Shown here: one piece after another, positions 54,006 through 64,000 of the stretch
How positions within the stretch are numbered: the stretch's first letter is position 1
Layout: each line of letters starts with the position of its first letter
From: an uncultured Methanosarcinaceae archaeon
GTDB taxonomy: Archaea > Halobacteriota > Methanosarcinia > Methanosarcinales > Methanosarcinaceae
DNA: 64,000 nucleotides
NCBI GenBank assembly: GCA_963847185.1
Contig: CAWJYV010000008.1
Span: 480,001 to 544,000 of the forward strand
Direction of reading: 5' to 3'
Notes under the pieces: model-generated
Seen by the model: only the letters and a program-made list of their open reading frames with translations
Database searches by the model: none
What the model was told of the DNA's origin: nothing
Made by a program: the position numbers and the translations under genes

Positions 54006-55388
54006 ATGGTAAAAGAGTATAAGACAATCACTCAGATTGCAGGGCCTCTTGTCTTTGTCGAGAAAACAGAGCCTGTAGGCTATAAAGAAATCGTTAACGT
54101 CAATTTGCCTGACGGAACCACCCGCAGAGGCGAGGTGTTGGACTCTTCAACGGACATCGTGGTTGTCCAGATTTTTGAAGGTACTGGCGGCCTGAACAAA
54201 GATTGTGGTGTGGTTTTTACAGGGGAAACTCTGAAACTTCCTGCATCCATTGACCTTCTCGGCAGAATCCTTTCAGGTGCCGGTGACCCTCTGGACGGCG
54301 GGCCCAGAATCGTGCCAGACCAGCTTCTGGACATCAACGGGGCCGCAATGAACCCATACGCCAGGCTGCCTCCAAAGGATTTCATCCAGACAGGCATCTC
54401 CACAATCGACGGGACAAACACCCTGGTTCGTGGACAGAAACTGCCTATCTTCTCAGCATCAGGTCTCCCACACAACGAAATTGCCCTGCAGATCGCAAGG
54501 CAAGCTTCTGTGCCAGGGTCCGAATCTGCTTTCGCAGTGGTCTTTGCAGCAATGGGTATCACCAATGAAGAAGCCCAGTATTTTATGAGTGACTTCGAAA
54601 AGACCGGTGCTCTGGAAAGGGCAGTTGTGTTCCTTAACCTGGCAGATGACCCTGCTGTCGAGCGTCTCATCACTCCACGTATGGCCCTCACAGCAGCCGA
54701 GTACCTGGCATACGAGCACGGCATGCACGTTCTCGTCATCCTGACTGACATTACTAATTATGCAGAAGCTCTCCGTCAGATGGGTGCCGCCCGTAATGAA
54801 GTGCCTGGCCGCCGTGGGTATCCTGGTTATATGTACACTGACCTTGCAACCCTCTATGAGCGTGCTGGTATTGTCAAGGGTGCCAAGGGATCCGTTACTC
54901 AGATTCCGATCCTTTCAATGCCCGGTGACGACATTACCCACCCGATCCCTGACCTGTCCGGGTATATTACCGAAGGCCAGATCTTGGTTGCCAGGGAACT
55001 GCACAGGAAAGGTATCTATCCGCCAATCAATGTGCTGCCGTCCCTGTCGAGGCTGATGAACTCAGGTATCGGAGCAGGCAAGACAAGGGAAGACCACAAG
55101 GCTGTTTCTGACCAGATGTTCGCAGGTTATGCAGAAGGGCGTGACCTGAGAGGTCTCGTAGCTATCGTCGGTAAAGAAGCTCTGTCCGAGAGAGACTTGA
55201 AGCTCCTCGAGTTTGCTGACCTTTTCGAAAAGCACTTTGTCACCCAGGGAAGAAGCGAAAACAGGACTATTGCAGAGACCCTGGACATCGGTTGGAAGAT
55301 TCTCGCACACCTGCCAATAAACCAGTTGGGTAGGATTGACAACAAGTACATCGAAAAATACCATCCTGCAAAGAAAAAGGCTCAGTGA
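54006..55388 (+). CDS. atpB: A1AO ATP synthase subunit B
   Basis: [34 protein letters not shown]. Confidence 0.98.
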   Translation: MVKEYKTITQIAGPLVFVEKTEPVGYKEIVNVNLPDGTTRRGEVLDSSTDIVVVQIFEGTGGLNKDCGVVFTGETLKLPASIDLLGRILSGAGDPLDGGPRIVPDQLLDINGAAMNPYARLPPKDFIQTGISTIDGTNTLVRGQKLPIFSASGLPHNEIALQIARQASVPGSESAFAVVFAAMGITNEEAQYFMSDFEKTGALERAVVFLNLADDPAVERLITPRMALTAAEYLAYEHGMHVLVILTDITNYAEALRQMGAARNEVPGRRGYPGYMYTDLATLYERAGIVKGAKGSVTQIPILSMPGDDITHPIPDLSGYITEGQILVARELHRKGIYPPINVLPSLSRLMNSGIGAGKTREDHKAVSDQMFAGYAEGRDLRGLVAIVGKEALSERDLKLLEFADLFEKHFVTQGRSENRTIAETLDIGWKILAHLPINQLGRIDNKYIEKYHPAKKKAQ

Positions 55389-55393
55389 TTGTC

Positions 55394-56023
55394 ATGGCTC
55401 AGGACGTAAAACCAACTCGGTCGGAGCTGATTCAGCTCAAGAAGAAGATCAAGCTCTCTGAAAGTGGGCACAAGCTCCTTAAAATGAAGAGAGACGGTCT
55501 TATTATTGAGTTCTTTAAGATCCTTAACGAGGCAAGGAACGTCAGAACCGAGCTGGACGCTGCCTACGCAAAATCTGTGGAAAAATTCAATCTCGCCTCT
55601 GCCGTGGAAGGAATGATTACCGTCAGGTCAACAGCCTTCACAGCGAAGGAATCTCCTGAAATTCAGCTTTCAGGGCATAATATCATGGGTGTCGTGGTGC
55701 CAAAGATAAACTCTACAGGCGTCCGCAAATCCCTCACTGAAAGGGGTTATGGTATCATCGGGACAAGCTCGTACATCGATGAGACTGCAGATGCATATGA
55801 GGATCTCGTAGAAAAGATCATAATCGCAGCAGAGCTTGAGACAGCAATGAAAAGGATCCTCAATGAAATCGAGAAGACCAAGAGGCGTGTGAACGCTCTC
55901 GAATTCAAGGTAATTCCCGAACTCATTGCAACCATGAAGTATATCCGTTTCGTCCTTGAGGAGTTGGAGAGGGAGAATACATTCCGGTTGAAGAGAATCA
56001 AGGCGAGAAACGCAGCAAAATAA
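55394..56023 (+). CDS. atpD: A1AO ATP synthase subunit D
   Basis: PTRSEL, GHKLLKMKRDGL, TKRRVNALE. Confidence 0.96.
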   Translation: MAQDVKPTRSELIQLKKKIKLSESGHKLLKMKRDGLIIEFFKILNEARNVRTELDAAYAKSVEKFNLASAVEGMITVRSTAFTAKESPEIQLSGHNIMGVVVPKINSTGVRKSLTERGYGIIGTSSYIDETADAYEDLVEKIIIAAELETAMKRILNEIEKTKRRVNALEFKVIPELIATMKYIRFVLEELERENTFRLKRIKARNAAK

Positions 56024-56035
56024 GTTTAGTTTCGT

Positions 56036-56203
56036 ATGGCAACGTGTAAGGATCGACCGAACCTGGTTGAAAGAGCAGTACTTAAATTGGGTGAACCCGA
56101 AAACCAGGCCCGCCTGCTTCAGGCAGCCTGGAAGATTTCCCTCTTGATGATGGTTATGGGGTTCATTATTATCCTAAAAACAGTTTCTCTAAATTTTATG
56201 TGA
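56036..56203 (+). CDS. Small 55-aa membrane protein at the end of the ATP synthase operon (ahaG-like; not in ORF track)
   Basis: MATCKDRPNLVERAVLKLGEPENQARLLQAAWKISLLMMVMGFIIILKTVSLNFM*; position matches the small terminal gene of Methanosarcina aha operons. Confidence 0.7.
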   Translation: MATCKDRPNLVERAVLKLGEPENQARLLQAAWKISLLMMVMGFIIILKTVSLNFM

Positions 56204-56318
56204 CTTGAACTTCAGGATTCTTTCCATATCCTCTGTTCCGGCACAAATTTTTGTTTTTAGCTTAAACTGCCTCTTTTCAATCTTTTTTTATTTTTAGATT
56301 TAAACGCTTTCAATATTT

Positions 56319-56433
56319 GGTCGTGTACATGAGTTGTTGATCAATTCCGAAAAAGCGAGTGCATCTCCTGTATTTAAGGAAAATGTAGAGAGATTCTTGT
56401 GCTTACGGTTTTCAATAACTCACACCCACGACC
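56319..56433 (+). mobile_element. MITE family B, copy 2 (115 bp)
   Basis: TIR GGTCGTGTACATGAGTTGTTGA / TCAATAACTCACACCCACGACC; 8-bp TSD CAATATTT on both sides. Confidence 0.85.
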
Positions 56434-56500
56434 CAATATTTTCCTTCGTTTTATTTAAATTAGAAAGCTATTTTAACGACCAGTATCAATCCTAATTTCT

Positions 56501-58804
56501 ATGCAAAATGAAGCAAGGCTTCTCCATGTGACCGGTACAGTGCAGGGTGTTGGTTTTCGTCCTTTCATATACCAGCTTGCAAAAGCACATGAACTGTTCG
56601 GATACGTAAAAAATCTTGGAAATTACGTGGAGATCCTTATAGAGGGGAATAACAGAAGTATCGAGAGTTTTCTTCAAGATCTTCCTGAAAAAAAACCTCC
56701 TCTTGCCAAAATTAATGAAATCAAGACAAAAAATGTTCCTTTTTCAGGTCACCTGAAATTTGTTATCGTACACAGCGAATCCGGAGTTTTTGAAAATTCC
56801 ATAATTCCTCCGGATACGGCTATTTGCGAACAGTGCAGAACAGAGATCTTTGACTTTTCTTCCAGATATTATCACTATCCTTTTACTGTCTGCACAAACT
56901 GCGGACCCCGTTATACAACTGTCAGAACCCTCCCTTATGACCGGGAAAATACAACAATGGCTGATTTCCCTCTCTGCCCGGAGTGCGAAGCAGAGTACAC
57001 TGACCCTCTAAATAGAAGATATCATGCCCAGCCTGTCTGCTGTCCTAAATGCGGGCCAGAGCTCGAGCTTTTAGATCTTGATGGGAATGCACTGGCAAAG
57101 GGCTATGCTGCACTTGCTAAAGCTTTCGATTTACTTCAGCAGGGTTCGATTTTTTCTATCAAAGGATTCGGAGGTTTTCACATTGCCTGTAATGCCAGAG
57201 AGGAAGAGCCTGTAAAGGAACTTCGAAGACGGTTGATGCGTCCTGAGCAGCCTTTTGCGGTTATGGCAAAAAATGCAGATATGGTAGAGTCCTTTGCAGA
57301 GCTTGAAGGTCCAGGTAAGGAATATCTTATATCATATCGCCGTCCAATTACCGTTCTCCCCAAGTCGGAAAAGTTCAATCTGGCAGAATCCGTTTCTCCG
57401 GATCTGCACAATATAGGAGTCATGCTTCCATATACAGGCACACAGAATCTGCTTTTTGATCTTTTATCTGATGCTGTATATGTTATGACCTCGGCAAACC
57501 TTCCAGGAAGGCCCATGGTTGTTGAAAACAAAGAAGCTCTTGAAAGACTCAGGGGAATTGTCGATTTTCATCTGCTGCATAACAGGGTTGTTGCAAACAG
57601 AAATGATGATACAGTTGTCAGGATTGTTAACGGAAGAGCTGCTTTTATCCGACGTTCCAGGGGTTTTGTGCCTGAGCCTATAGAGTTGCCTTTCGAAGTT
57701 GAAGCTTCCGTAGGAGTAGGGGCTGAAATGAACTCCACGGTAACAGCGGCAAAAGGAAAGCTTGCCTATATTTCTCAGTACATAGGAAACACGAGCCATT
57801 TGGAGACCTTTAAATACCATTCCGAAGTCGTCCGGCACCTTATCAGGCTTACAGGAATAGAGCCTTTACACTGGGGCTGTGATCTGCATCCTTCATTTAA
57901 CACAACTCGTTTTGCAATGAAAATGGGTAGGGAAAATACACTCCCTGTTCAGCATCATTACGCCCATATCCTGGCACTTATGGCTGATAACTCCCTCCCG
58001 CTGGATTCAAGAGTTCTTGGTATTTCCCTTGATGGAGTTGGATATGGAGGTGACGGTACAGTCTGGGGAGGGGAGTTATTTGAATCTTCTTATTTCGGGT
58101 ATGAACGGATTGGGCACTTGCTTCCTCAACCCATGCCAGGCGGAGACCTTGCATCAAGGGTGCCTTCTAGAATGGTGCTGAGTATCCTTTTCGAGAAACT
58201 GGGGCTGACAGAACTCGAAAAGCTTCCTTTGAATTTCCCGCAGGGGAAGCGGGAGTTTTCAGCGGTTATGAAACAGCTTGAAAGGGGGGTAAATGTTATT
58301 CAAAGTAGCAGTACTGGAAGAGTGCTGGATGCGGCGGCAGCAATGCTTGGCATCTGTGTAAGAAGAACCTATGACGGAGAACCTGCTATGAAACTTGAAG
58401 CTGCCGCGAAGAGAAGCACTCACACGGTGGACCTACCTCTGGTTTTCAGGAAATATGGTAGGTCAGGACTACCTGTGCTTGATACGACTGAGCTTCTTCT
58501 GGGAGTTTATGAACTTTCCGGAAAGTACTCTTCTGCTGATTTAGCTTTTGCAGTTGAAGACTATCTTGCAAAAGGAGTTTCGGAACTTGCTGTTTCGCTT
58601 GCCAATCAAAGAGGCCTTGAATTGATAGGTCTGAGTGGAGGAGTTGCATATAATGATCACATTACATCCTGCGTTGCAGGAATTGTCAAAGAGGCAGGTC
58701 TCGAATTTCTAATCCACCGCCAGGTTCCCTGCGGAGACGGATGTATTTCTTTTGGGCAAGCTCTCGCGGCAGGGTTGAGGCAAAATTCTGAACGGATTTT
58801 TTGA
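56501..58804 (+). CDS. hypF: Carbamoyltransferase HypF
   Basis: GTVQGVGFRPF, zinc fingers CTNCGPRY, MTSAN, QHHYAH, DGTVWGGE. Confidence 0.97.
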   Translation: MQNEARLLHVTGTVQGVGFRPFIYQLAKAHELFGYVKNLGNYVEILIEGNNRSIESFLQDLPEKKPPLAKINEIKTKNVPFSGHLKFVIVHSESGVFENSIIPPDTAICEQCRTEIFDFSSRYYHYPFTVCTNCGPRYTTVRTLPYDRENTTMADFPLCPECEAEYTDPLNRRYHAQPVCCPKCGPELELLDLDGNALAKGYAALAKAFDLLQQGSIFSIKGFGGFHIACNAREEEPVKELRRRLMRPEQPFAVMAKNADMVESFAELEGPGKEYLISYRRPITVLPKSEKFNLAESVSPDLHNIGVMLPYTGTQNLLFDLLSDAVYVMTSANLPGRPMVVENKEALERLRGIVDFHLLHNRVVANRNDDTVVRIVNGRAAFIRRSRGFVPEPIELPFEVEASVGVGAEMNSTVTAAKGKLAYISQYIGNTSHLETFKYHSEVVRHLIRLTGIEPLHWGCDLHPSFNTTRFAMKMGRENTLPVQHHYAHILALMADNSLPLDSRVLGISLDGVGYGGDGTVWGGELFESSYFGYERIGHLLPQPMPGGDLASRVPSRMVLSILFEKLGLTELEKLPLNFPQGKREFSAVMKQLERGVNVIQSSSTGRVLDAAAAMLGICVRRTYDGEPAMKLEAAAKRSTHTVDLPLVFRKYGRSGLPVLDTTELLLGVYELSGKYSSADLAFAVEDYLAKGVSELAVSLANQRGLELIGLSGGVAYNDHITSCVAGIVKEAGLEFLIHRQVPCGDGCISFGQALAAGLRQNSERIF

Positions 58805-59011
58805 ATTCCCTATTATTTTGCTTTTTTAAACTCAGTTTATATTAACTCCTTAAAGTATATTATTAGTAATCTTTTCAACATCAGTCATTCTTTTTTTCTA
58901 TTATTTTTTTAACTCTGACTATCAATATTTAATCACACTGAAATTTGATCAGAAAGACTGTAATACAAAATTAAATAAATGATACGTGCTTATGATAGAA
59001 TGGGAGCATAA

Positions 59012-59461
59012 ATGGGGCAAGGTAGTATACGAATTAGAGTTGTAAAAAGTAGAGATGAGATTACCGGTCTGCAAGCTGAGGAGAAGGCAGTACATCTCGC
59101 TTTCAGGCCCTCGGACAGGGACCTTTTCAGTCTGGTCAAGACCTGTCCCGGGATAGGATTAATTCAACTTCCGGCATCTTCCTACGAGGGGCTATCTAAA
59201 TTTATCAAGATGTACCTTGTATCTTCAGGCATTCATCTGGTAAAAGGAGATGTCAGTGGGCACTGGCATGATCTTAATAATTATTTTGTAATACCTGCTT
59301 ATGTGCTTGAAAAAATAAAGGAATTAGAAGTTCAGGGGAGAACTGAAGAAGAAATCATTGGTGAGATAACAAACATAAGGAAAATAAGCCCTGATCTTAT
59401 TATTCACCTTCTTCACAGTCCGTTTCTGACATCTGGCCCTGAGAGCCCCCGAATGAGTTAA
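59012..59461 (+). CDS. DUF1699 family protein
   Basis: IRVVKSRDEI..L...EKAVHLAFRPS; paralogue of 62031-62438. Confidence 0.8.
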   Translation: MGQGSIRIRVVKSRDEITGLQAEEKAVHLAFRPSDRDLFSLVKTCPGIGLIQLPASSYEGLSKFIKMYLVSSGIHLVKGDVSGHWHDLNNYFVIPAYVLEKIKELEVQGRTEEEIIGEITNIRKISPDLIIHLLHSPFLTSGPESPRMS

Positions 59462-59489
59462 GCTTACATATAAACATCTTGCTTTTGAT

Positions 59490-61187
59490 TCAGACTCCTA
59501 AGCGTTTCCACCACTTTCTTGAAGCTTTCTGTTCTTCTATCTGTCTTAACCCCTCAGATGCGTATTTTTGCTGCATCTTATATTTTCTATTCTCTTCAGT
59601 GAGCCTGGAAAATTCCTCTTCTTTACTTGCAAGTGTTCCTTTTAATTGTTTTATCAGTTCTTCTTTTTCTTTAAGCTGAATTGCCAGAGCTTCTTCTCCC
59701 TTATAATCCGAGAGCTGTTTCTCAAGTTTCTTTACTTTTTCTTCACTTGCAGCAAGCATGGTTTGTACAGTGTTTATCTTCTTTTCTTTGACAGTAAGTT
59801 TCTCTTCAAATCTTTTCATCTCCCCAACTTTTGCCATCAATTCTCCGGCCAGAGTCTCAGTATCTTTTTCCTTTGTTGAGATGATTTCTTTGAGTTTTCC
59901 TATCTCTTTTTCTCTTGCTGATAACTTTTCCTCAAAAATTCTAACATTTTCTGTTTTTCCTTTGATTTCCGTAATGAGGCTGTTTCTCTCCTTTTCCTTT
60001 TCATTAAGCTCAGATTCAAGCTTTTTTGTTTCGGCAACCTTGAATGCAAGTTTTTCCTGAAGAGTGGCCATTTCAAGATCTTTTTCATCAACTGTTCTCT
60101 CAAAGACCTTTATTACTTCTTCTTTATCAATTAGTTGAGTTGTTAACCCTTCTATGGAATCATTTTTTTGATCTATCTGGATTTCTAGGTTCTGTATTGT
60201 TTTATACAGTTGCGCAACCTTATTCTCAAAATTTCTTATTGCCTCCTCTTTTTGAGCAAGCTGGCCTTCAAGTCCACTTATTTCTTCTCCTTTTTGGACA
60301 AGTTGATTCTCCAGCTTTTTTATCGCTTTTTCTTTTTGAACAAGGCAATTTTCATAGCTTTCTATCTTCTTGTTCTTTAGATTGACTTCATGCTCAAATT
60401 CCCTGAGTTTTTCTTCGCTTTCAGCAGTAAGTTTTCCAATATTTTCAAATTCTTTTTTGCTGCCTGTAAGCTCTTCATCAAGATTTCTGGTGATTTCCTT
60501 TGAATCAGAAAGCTGCTTTTCAAGAGTACATATTTTTTCAGTTCTGATATTAAGTTCTTCTTTTAACCTGTATTTTTCTTCATCTCTAGCTGCAAGTTTG
60601 TCTTGAAGCTCTTTTACCTTCTCTATATATTCTATTAGTTGCGTTTCCATATCGTCTAGCTGACCACCTTTATTACCAAGCTGGAGGAAATCGGAACTTT
60701 CCTTTGAGTTTTCTTTATTTTCTTCTGTAGTAGATAGCAAAGGAATTTCTTTTTTACATTCGACGACTTGAAATTTCTCTTTTGGAAGCAGACAAATTTG
60801 TCCTTTTTTGTTTTCACAAATTTCGGCCCATGCAAGGATAGAGGCTATTGGTGTTATTCTCTTAAACACAGTATCTCCTATCTTGCAGCCGTAGACTTTA
60901 CTGGCAATGTAGCCTTCCATTGTATTCAGGTCGAGGTTAGAGTCTCCCAGTCTGGAGTTTGTTGCGTTTCCTTTCCTTACCTGTCCACTGTTTTCTTTTA
61001 GACAATTGACAGCTTCAGAAAATATCTTCCAGGGAATAAACGGTTGATTTTTCAGGTTGTCAACATAGATTCCGTCCTCTTCTTTTCTGGCTTCAAAAAA
61101 TTGTTTCCCATTAATCAGCGGAATTTTTGTTGGATTTCCTTTTTCATCAAATTGTTTTTTTATTCTTGTGACAACTGGGTCTTCCAT
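59490..61187 (-). CDS. Long coiled-coil protein with a globular N-terminal domain
   Basis: About 380 aa of K/E-rich heptads; C-terminus SRKWWKRLGV. Confidence 0.8.
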   Translation of the reverse strand: MEDPVVTRIKKQFDEKGNPTKIPLINGKQFFEARKEEDGIYVDNLKNQPFIPWKIFSEAVNCLKENSGQVRKGNATNSRLGDSNLDLNTMEGYIASKVYGCKIGDTVFKRITPIASILAWAEICENKKGQICLLPKEKFQVVECKKEIPLLSTTEENKENSKESSDFLQLGNKGGQLDDMETQLIEYIEKVKELQDKLAARDEEKYRLKEELNIRTEKICTLEKQLSDSKEITRNLDEELTGSKKEFENIGKLTAESEEKLREFEHEVNLKNKKIESYENCLVQKEKAIKKLENQLVQKGEEISGLEGQLAQKEEAIRNFENKVAQLYKTIQNLEIQIDQKNDSIEGLTTQLIDKEEVIKVFERTVDEKDLEMATLQEKLAFKVAETKKLESELNEKEKERNSLITEIKGKTENVRIFEEKLSAREKEIGKLKEIISTKEKDTETLAGELMAKVGEMKRFEEKLTVKEKKINTVQTMLAASEEKVKKLEKQLSDYKGEEALAIQLKEKEELIKQLKGTLASKEEEFSRLTEENRKYKMQQKYASEGLRQIEEQKASRKWWKRLGV

Positions 61188-62030
61188 GCGTGGGCCTCAT
61201 GACAGTCTTAGTTTCTGAAATATAATGAATATAACATTTAATAAAAGTTGTGTAACTTACCGCATTTCTTTTCTCTTTTCCTTTTACTTCTGTAACAGAT
61301 GTGCATGAAGAGATTCAGGAAAAATAGGTATTAAAAAAGTTAATTAAAGGAAGCTTAATGAAATAGGTTTATGGAAAAAATTCGTAAAGTTATCAACTAA
61401 AATACAGGAATACCAGGAGATTTTTCAAGTTTGAAATATAATTTCTCTTGTGGAGAGGATGGTTTATTACTTTTGGTGGATTCTCGATGGATTTCTAGGG
61501 ATTATGTATATATATTTTTTGTTTTGTTCATAATAGGCACATTTATAATATATAATATTATTAATTTAATGTAAATGTAAAAGAGTAAAAAAGTTAACAG
61601 TTGTGTAAAAAACTTATTCCTGAAACAATTTTAGGAATATATGTAGTAAATTATATATACTCTCAATAAATTGATAAGTCGGTCACTTACTTAAACAATT
61701 TCGCGATTCATTGCCCCATCTGTCTAATATTTACAGCCTTAATAATGCCCTGACCTGAAAAAAATAAGATAATTCCTAACTAAATTCTGATTTTTTATTA
61801 GTTTTGTTCTTTATGGATTTTAGAAAGTATCTCTGGTTATTTCCGCATATTCTTTCAAAAATAACGCACTAACTGCTGTTTTTTTATTATTTATCTCCTA
61901 CTTCTCTTGAAATAAATGAAAAGGTATAATTTTATTTCTTTCTAAATAATTCCGGTAATTATAGAAAAATATTTAACGAAGAATTTTTTACTATCATATG
62001 AAAAAAATAAGTAGATCTGGAGGATAAACT

Positions 62031-62438
62031 TTGAAAATAAGGGTTGTGAGTTCACGAGAAGAAATCTTTACACTGAATCCAAATGAAAGAATAGTGCATC
62101 TGGCTTTCAGGCCGTCGAACAAAGATATTTTTTCATTGGTTGAGAACTGTCCAAAGATTGAAGTTATACAGCTTCCGAAATCTTACAGGCGCACGGTCTC
62201 AAAGTCAATAGAAATGTTTCTTGAAATGCAGCGTATCCAGCTCATTGAAGGAGATGTCTGGGGCCACAGGAAAGATATTAACGAGTACTATCGCATTCCT
62301 TCTTCAATCATTGAAGAAATAAAAGAACTGAAAATTGAAGGTAAATCCACTGAAGCTATTGAGGAAAAAGTTTCAAGGGAAAGTAAACTTAACCCTGAAA
62401 TGGTTGCTTACATCCTTAGAAAGGATGTTATTGCCTGA
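62031..62438 (+). CDS. DUF1699 family protein
   Basis: MKIRVVSSREEI.TLNPNE..VHLAFRPSNKD, GDVWGHRKDINEYY; GGAGG RBS. Confidence 0.85.
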   Translation: MKIRVVSSREEIFTLNPNERIVHLAFRPSNKDIFSLVENCPKIEVIQLPKSYRRTVSKSIEMFLEMQRIQLIEGDVWGHRKDINEYYRIPSSIIEEIKELKIEGKSTEAIEEKVSRESKLNPEMVAYILRKDVIA

Positions 62439-62699
62439 GACTCTGAAACTATAGTTTCAAAATCTTCTTATTTTTATTTCTTTTTTATTTTTGTTTGTTT
62501 TTTCTTGATTTATAACTTCTTTATCTTTGATATTTCTTTACTTTTTCACTTCTTAATTTTTATTCATTTTCTATTTTCAATACTCTCAAATTTTTATTAA
62601 TCTTTTATTTATGATACTCTTTCATTTTCTCTGGTAGTGCTTTTTAATCTTTTATAGACTTTTATAGTTTGCACTAAATCAAATTAAATTAGCTCTCAA

Positions 62700-63169
62700 G
62701 CTGAGCATCTAAATAATATGTAAGCTTTCAAAGTTAAAAACGATCTTTTCTTTCTTCTCAATTTCAATAAAGTCTGTGTCAATGGCAGTTTCTTGTGCTT
62801 GCAGTTTTCAAAGACTCACTCTCACCATCGAATTATCTTTGGTCAAAATATAGATCAAAGTGAAATCTCAACGACTTTACTTGAAAGACAAAATCTTACT
62901 TTTAGGCAGGACAACAATAGAATCTCAAGGAAAACAGCAGGAATTTCAAAGAAGATCAAGTGCCTATATAATCAGGTGAGACTCTATTGTACCTGCTTTA
63001 CTTTTGCAGGCATCATAGAGCATTAATAAAAGACTAAAATAGATGTTCGGGACAAAAGACACATGCAGAAGAAGCTGGAATCACGGAAAAGAAATGGACA
63101 TTAACTGAATTAGTATATTTAAGGAATGTTAAATGCATCAATTAATTAAAAATTAAAGGAGATGTGTCC
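62700..63169 (+). pseudogene. IS1-family transposase C-terminal remnant; boundaries approximate
   Basis: ISTTLLERQNLTFRQDNNRISRKT, then frameshifted EAGITEKKWTLTEL. Confidence 0.65.
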
Positions 63170-63170
63170 G

Positions 63171-63282
63171 TTTTTCTGTTTTTCTGTTTTTCTGTTTTTC
63201 TGTTTTTCCATTTTTCTGTTTTTCTGTTTTTCCATTTTTCTGTTTTTCCGTTTTTCCGTTTTTCCGTTTTTCCGTTTTTCCA
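63171..63282 (+). repeat. 8-bp tandem repeat TTTTTC(TG/CA/CG) x14
   Basis: Direct reading. Confidence 0.95.
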
Positions 63283-64000
63283 AGTTTATATAAAACTTGC
63301 CACTTATTAATTATTTTTATAGCATATATATTTTTTTATAAAGTTGTCTTAAATATGATTATATTTATTTAAATTCTTTTATATCTCTTTCTGAAAAAAT
63401 ATTGTGTTTTAATCTTTGATCTGGAGAATTTTTGGATTCAAAGCCCTAGCAAATAAATGCATTACAAAAATTTCATCTTTTACTTGAATACTATCAATCC
63501 CTACTTTGACAGATCATGCTAATTTCTACAGTAGTTTCATACTAAAAACACGTTGTATCGACGTATAACCTTATGATGAAATACTAAATTTCAATAATCC
63601 ATAAACACATAATATAAATTTATATTAAATAGAGAAAACAGAATAATAAAGCATATTTGTGTATTACAAAACGTATATTCTGTCAAATTTCGATTACTTT
63701 AGCATGAAAGTAAGCTTTAAACCTGAATATATAATAGAAAATAGTAAAATACCAAGCTTTAGGTGGGATTTCCAGGTTCGAATAGGGCCACTTTTACTTC
63801 AATCAGTTACTAAATAATCGATTTAATGCTACTAAATTATTATTATGCTTGACCAAGCTTACTAAATTCTCTTTTCACATTCTGAAATAATTTCTAATAA
63901 AATGCCTTAATCTGGCGTTTCTGCTTTGAAAAAGTTAAATTGCTTAGTTTATGCAAATGACTATGGTAAAAGAGGGTCAGTTATGTACTTATGTATTAGA

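Noticed and set aside
63171-63282. 8-bp tandem repeat as CRISPR or iteron array
   Set aside because: No spacers; a microsatellite beside an IS remnant.

Overview
AT-rich archaeal chromosome segment, very likely Methanosarcina (inferred from gene order and protein sequences). The core backbone includes riboflavin reductase, proABC, two peroxiredoxins, the ftsY-pfdA-rpl18a-eIF6-rpl31e-rpl39e-rps19e cluster, purA (one frameshift), PAN, three tRNAs, a ccmE pseudogene, polyprenyl synthase, radical SAM, the A1AO ATP synthase operon and hypF. Two accessory regions interrupt it. The first (about 21.7-25.0 kb) holds a dead tyrosine integrase split by a transposase-less IS cassette carrying a nitroreductase, plus a tautomerase and an HsdR-N-like gene. 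The second is an island after tRNA-Glu (about 30.66-37.91 kb), bracketed by two inverted MITE copies. The island holds the best candidate for a new system, a cyanobactin-related archaeal RiPP locus. It has a PatA-type subtilisin protease with PatG-like C-terminal DUF domains, followed by an array of short precursor-peptide paralogues (three open, one or two decayed; two are absent from the ORF track). The precursors share a PxQAKPVxR leader and a G[IV]xQS cleavage-like site, then carry CX3C-X10/11-CX3C cores. A metacaspase gene follows and a ribbon-helix-helix regulator lies divergently upstream. No heterocyclase, macrocyclase or transporter is visible. Many small indels affect the island, so it may be decaying or imperfectly assembled. 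All family assignments are from motif recognition, not database searches.
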